The position numbers and the translations under genes are program-made. From Squalus acanthias (Eukaryota), in the NCBI GenBank assembly GCA_030390025.1, contig CM059441.1, positions 21,018,001-21,082,000 of the forward strand: DNA of 64,000 bases, given 5' to 3'. The stretch's first letter is position 1. The number at the start of each line of letters is the position of its first letter. Of the stretch, positions 60,283 to 64,000 are shown piece after piece. Below the pieces are notes generated by a model that saw nothing but the letters and a program-made list of their open reading frames with translations, ran no database searches and had not been told where the DNA came from.

Positions 60283-61403
60283 CACTGAAAGACGCCCTCG
60301 TAAGAACGGGATATGACGCTCGACTCGTCGATCGACAGTTCCGACGGGCCACAGCGAAAAACCGCATAGAGCTCCTCAGAAGACGAACACGGGACACAAC
60401 CAACAGAGTACCCTACGTCGTCCAGTACTTCCCCGGAGCGGAGAAACTACGCCATGTTCTTCGCAGCCTTCAACATGTCATCGATGACGATGAACACCTT
60501 GCTAAGGCCATCCCCACGCCTCCACTACTCGCCTTCAAGCAGACGCCTAACCTCAAAAGTACCATCGTTCGCAGCAAATTACCCAGCTTTCAGGAGAACA
60601 GCGACCACGACACCACACACCCTGCCACGGCAAGCTCTGCAAGACATGCCAGATCATGGACACAGATACCGTCATCACACGTGAGGACACTACCCACCAG
60701 GTACATGGTACATACTCATGTGACTCGGCCAACGTTCTCTACCTGATACGTTGCAGTAAAGGATGCCCCAGAGCATGGTACATCGGCGAGACCATGCAGA
60801 CACTGAGACAACGTATGAACGGACAGCACGCAACAATCGCCAGGCAGGAGGGTTGCCTCCCAGTCGGGGAACACTTCAGCAGTCAAGGGCATTCAGCCTC
60901 GGATCTGCAGGTTAGCGTTCTCCAAGGCGGCCTTCGGGATACACAACAACGCAAAATCTTCGAGCAGAAACTGATAGCCAAGTTCTGCACTCATGAGGAT
61001 GGCCTCAATCGGGATATCGGGTTCATGTCACGATACAGAACGTGACTTGACATCGTTGCCGGTCTTTCCAGCTTTTTAAAAAAACAAACACAAGAAACAA
61101 ACACAAGAAACAAACCCATATGGAGAGGATATGCAGCCAGCAGGTGTTTTGACACGTTGGACCCCCTGGGACACATCTCATTGTCTTGGCTGTGCTCTTA
61201 GTGTGTCTTTGATGTTGAATGCATTTTCTCTGTGTTTATATTCTGTGAATTCTGATAGATTGTCTCACAGTAACTTTACCTGAGGAAGGGGCGACAGCTC
61301 CGAAAGCTTGTAATTTTAAATAAATCTGTTGGACTATAACCTGGTGTTGTGCGACTTCTCATTTTTGTCCACCCCAGTCCAACGCCGGCATCTCCACATC
61401 ATG
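60283..61403 (+). mobile_element. Penelope GIY-YIG fragment duplicate
   Basis: Frameshift near 60617 but open through ...EQKLIAKF.THEDGLNRD.GF. Confidence 0.9.
61276..61313 (+). ncRNA. Minimal type I hammerhead ribozyme duplicate
   Basis: Same motif as 29365-29402. Confidence 0.75.
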
Positions 61404-63288
61404 ATAATAAAGGACACAGAAGCCTGTAAAATGGCCACCGCGCATCGTGGCAGAAGCTTCCAGAAATACAGTGGGCAGACAAGATGGCGTCGAATAAACA
61501 TTCAATATAAGATTGGATCATACTCGGTAAACATTGATAAAGACAGGATGCAACCCGTTTGCATTTGAAACAATAGCAAAGATATAAGTGCTGGAATCGT
61601 TTTTCCTATGCACAGCAAGGACCATTGTACTGGGCAATCGAAGGCCCATCCAGACACATCAATACACAAATACCCCCACGGCTCTACAATGAGAGAGACA
61701 TTGATGGGTGATTAAGTCAGTATTCGGGGAGGCCCCAAAACCAGTCAGGGAGACTCCTGGCTGGTTCAACAATGGGGAAAACATTAACGGATAGTTGGCC
61801 AGTTTCAGGTGCTACCGAAACCCGTTAAAGAGAAGAATCGCCCCATGCTGGGAGTTTAGTGCGCCAATATTACACAAAGGACAAACATTAAGATGTGAGC
61901 GGGAGATAAGGGGACAGAGCAAAATAACTATAGAGAACAAATGTCCATCGGTCTCTTATTCTCCCGGCTTATCCTTATTCTCGGGTATCGCTCTGCTGGA
62001 CGAGCAACCTTTTGTGTTTCTCTGGACTTTGTTGACTCTTGACTTTTAGCCGTATTGGTCGGTTATTCGAATGTTGGGTGGAGCTCAATCGGAACGAGCC
62101 GCCCCGACAAGGGCAAGTAACAGGGTACACCATCCCGAGTGTTGGTAAACGGTGTCTGGACCCAGAGGCCCGAAGAGACGAGACGAGACGAGAAGAAAAG
62201 GAGAAGAATCCACATGCCGCCACGGTCAGTAAACCCCGACCGCGCCCGAAAATATAAATAAAGAACTTTTCATTGAAGTCTACCGACAACCGGTATCGAG
62301 CACAGGAAGGCTCTACTTTGAACTGTGTCCGAGGTCCGTCGAGTTCTTCATGACAACAGGGAGTCTGGCCTGCTTGTCGCAGCAGCGAAAATAAACAAGT
62401 GGGGTACAGAGACCCTTCTAAACACGTGACAGTCAGGCGCTGCAGCGAAACGAGCTGAGTGCCTCACTTTAAAATTCTCCGAAGTAACACGAGTGGTGAG
62501 CATGTTTTCCAATCCTCAAACCTAGATGGCATTGTTAAGGGAGGGTGGTTTCATTAAGGTTAAAGTATAATGTGTTCCCCTTTTTACGATGTGCCGTGCG
62601 TTCTTCATTTCCATAGACCAAGCTTTATGAATGTATGTATACTTGTACTCTCGTTAATTTGCGCCTATGACATGTACTTCATGATTTTGGACGCTATGCA
62701 ATAAAGATTTCCATTTTGTACTATTCAGCCGGGTCTATTTGAGTTTTCTCTGCATTACTGCTCCCTGCACCTAAGTCCAGTGTTAGAACCGTAAGGGCGA
62801 GTGGGTCGAACCACTCACAGGTGCTTATTGCAAAAAGGCTGGCCGGAGACCAGAGCAAGCAATAGTATTAGGCAACGAAGACCTAACCTCGCACCAGCAC
62901 CGTCTGAGACACGCAACCCTTACAGAGCTTGGGACATCTTGAAGACATGAAAGGCTCCATGTAAATTTTATTATAAGGATCTTCAGTGATAAAGTCAAGC
63001 TTTTGTTTATTAGTGGAAGTTATCCTAGACTAATACTGCTGATCACTTCTAGATGGATGCAGCCACAACAAGGCTCAAGAAGCCCGACTCCATCCAGAAC
63101 AAGCAATCCACTGGATTTTGCCTACATTACAACAGTAACCTTTCAAAACTAACTCATATTATCTGTAAAACACTTTGTTTCATCCTGAGGACATGAAAGA
63201 GTTTATGTAAATGCAAGTTTTTCTTTACACTGATCAATATTTTTGAAAGAATTGATGGAGTGATTCATATAAAGTCGGTAATGCCTAC

Positions 63289-63379
63289 CTTAGATTTTCT
63301 CGTACACCTTGTGACTGAAATAGTACAAATCACCAGGAGAGCAAAGAGCACCCAGCGTACCACGTTCCATATAATGTAA
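63289..63379 (-). CDS. Gene C transmembrane exon (upstream exons beyond window end)
   Basis: 91 nt, same protein as 31386-31476 with one synonymous change. Confidence 0.88.
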
Positions 63380-63529
63380 CTGAGCAAAAGGGAAGAAATA
63401 CAAAATCATTCGAAGGAAACAAGACTGCTTTGTGTTTGGAACATTTATAATGGGGGGAATTTTCTGGGAGGGTCAGCGGACGGGATCAGGGGTGGGTCGA
63501 GTGGGAAAGTTGTTTTTTTTTGACAGCGG

Positions 63530-64000
63530 GTTGTATCCATGCTGCCACTGTCCCTTTTATTCCACTGGCTTTAATTTTGCCGGTAAGCCTATTTTGTGGC
63601 ACTTTATCAAACACATTTTGGAAGTCCATGTACACCACATCAACCGCATTGCTCTCATCAACCCTCTCTGTTACCTCATCAAAAAGCTCGATCAAGTTAA
63701 TTAAATACGATTTGCCTTTAACAAATCCATGCTGGCTTTCCTTAATAATCCATACTTGTCCAAGTGACTGTTAACTTTGTCCCTGATTATCATTTCTAAA
63801 AGCTTCCCCACTACCAAGGTCAAACTGACTGGCCTGTAGTTGCTGGGTTTATCTTTACACTCTGTTTTGAACAAGGTTGTAACATTTGCAATTCTCCAGT
63901 CCTCTGGCACCACCCCCGTATCTAAGGAGGATTGGAAGATTATGGCCAGTACATCCACGAGTTCCTCCTTAACCTCCCTCAGCATCCTAGGATGCATCCC
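63530..64000 (-). mobile_element. CR1 fragment duplicate
   Basis: Duplicate of 31630-32097. Confidence 0.88.

Larger units (their letters stand above)
60195..62924. mobile_element. Solo-LTR-like family A duplicate with Penelope insertion
   Basis: TSD GAGC. Duplicate of 28283-31021. Confidence 0.87.
38792..64000 (+). repeat. Segmental duplication unit, copy 2 (runs off window end)
   Basis: Colinear with 3170-32097. Lacks the three insertions at 4410, 15189 and 23723. Confidence 0.97.

Overview
Vertebrate genomic DNA, most likely an elasmobranch (shark), judged from the CR1/HER1-type LINE tails, Deu-domain SINEs, Harbinger elements with GGGG(T/G)AGAAATT termini and Penelope remnants. The window spans a young tandem segmental duplication (about 3170-32097 repeated at about 38792-64000; period 32-35.6 kb depending on lineage-specific insertions). 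The repeat unit carries a minus-strand immunoglobulin-superfamily receptor gene. Reconstructed from GT-AG boundaries and exon phases, it reads: signal peptide, CD300/pIgR-type four-Cys V domain, FcR-like C2 domain, Ser/Thr stalk, Arg-containing transmembrane segment, and a short Tyr-free tail. Three copies are sampled: A (exons 1-3), B (complete, about 319 aa) and C (TM and last exon). The rest is layered mobile DNA: at least four PIF/Harbinger lineages (HARBI1 transposase and Myb/SANT partner genes, MITEs), CR1 LINEs, DeuSINEs, two families of long solo-LTR-like TG..CA elements with 4-bp TSDs (one nested in a relative), Penelope GIY-YIG remnants with minimal hammerhead ribozymes showing a compensatory base-pair change, and a pre-tRNA-Lys/CR1-tail chimera. 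Everything was read by eye. Repeat boundaries without TSDs are approximate.
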